In this document: one piece after another, positions 63,256 through 64,000 of the stretch
Numbering within the stretch: the first letter of the stretch is position 1
Layout of the letters: each line of letters starts with the position of its first letter
NCBI GenBank assembly: GCA_964016885.1
Contig: OZ024742.1
Coordinates: 65,782,001 to 65,846,000 of the forward strand
Origin: Eledone cirrhosa
Taxonomy: Eukaryota
Direction of reading: 5' to 3'
Length of the DNA stretch: 64,000 nucleotides
Notes under the pieces: model-generated
The model's input: only the letters and a program-made list of their open reading frames with translations
The model's database searches: none
What the model was told of the DNA's origin: nothing
Translations under genes and position numbers: made by a program

Positions 63256-63360
63256 AACAGAAATAAGAACACCATCAGTACAGTATGTGGAAGATATATA
63301 TTAGGTTAACGCTTGATATAGCAGTCTTAACGTTTCGGACGCTAGTCCTTCATCAGAAGA
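63103..63360. repeat. Convergent inverted repeat around (TA)n with a minimal hammerhead on the minus strand (63325-63360)
   Basis: 63103-63187 inverted with ~63250-63335; minus strand TCTT-CTGATGA-aGGAC-tagc-GTCC-GAAA-CG-TT-AAGA. Confidence 0.8.
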
Positions 63361-63569
63361 AGGAATGAGAAATAAAATAGATTAAGGTGTCGGGCGGGAT
63401 GGAATTGAAAAAAATGTCTTTAGATAAAAATAATAGGGCCATTCCAGGTGACAGGAAAACTAAAAGAGGATGAGACAACGAATGAAAATAAGGCAAAAAG
63501 GAAAAGATTTCTTAAGGGATCCTTAAGAAAAAAAAAGAAAAGAATCGAAAGACACATAACTTCCGCGTT

Positions 63570-63659
<90 letters not shown>

Positions 63660-63666
<7 letters not shown>

Positions 63667-64000
63667 CATAAGATCAAAGGATGGTTAAAGGAGTTCCATG
63701 TATTTTATTATGCGCATTTCAAAAACAAACATCATCATGCAATAATATTTGTGTTTTCATCAGATAAAACAGGAGAATATATGTTGATTTAAAACTGCAC
63801 TATCCACAAGTGTTTTTTAGCCTTCATATCATGTTCTCCTGTTTTATCTGATGAAAACACAAATATTATTGCATGATGATGTTTGTTTTTGAAATGCGCA
63901 TAATAAAATACATGGAACTCCTTTAACCATCTTTTGATCTTATATATTATGTATACTCCAGTCCTACAAACTGTAGAGTGCTTCTTATCCGATATCTGCA
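63660..64000. mobile_element. 'TGCGCA-HHR' hairpin with tail (runs off window end)
   Basis: Arms ~63660-63778 and ~63832-63950; HHR CTGATGA 63848-54, GAAA 63891-94, TGCGCA-TA; both arms have an intact core. Confidence 0.85.

Overview
AT-rich, microsatellite-dense animal DNA, most likely an octopod cephalopod (inferred from the tRNA-derived SINE family and repeat landscape). No complete host gene is visible; the window looks intronic or intergenic, with a few possible minus-strand exons. It is dominated by Penelope-like retroelements (PLEs: two Neptune-like and two to three Naiad-like decayed copies, three of them with inverted pLTRs) and many non-coding PLE derivatives that carry minimal hammerhead ribozyme (HHR) motifs and sit in (TA)n tracts. 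The main finding is a 5.6-kb array (3643-9238) of about 18 nearly identical 310-bp units, each with a complete type I hammerhead. The array flips orientation at 7142-7143 and one arm has a 40-nt tail, the same architecture as the PLE insertions nearby. This suggests a very young retrozyme (circular RNA) multimer integrated by PLE machinery. Also present: U3-A8 covariant hammerheads, a series of hairpin-plus-tail mini elements, two Helitron-like elements, two tandem Tx1/L1-clade LINEs ending in (ATT)n, RTE and Tigger remnants, many SINEs, a SINE/local-DNA chimeric insertion with a 16-bp TSD, and a candidate recursive splice site. All calls come from reading the sequence; no searches or folding programs were run.
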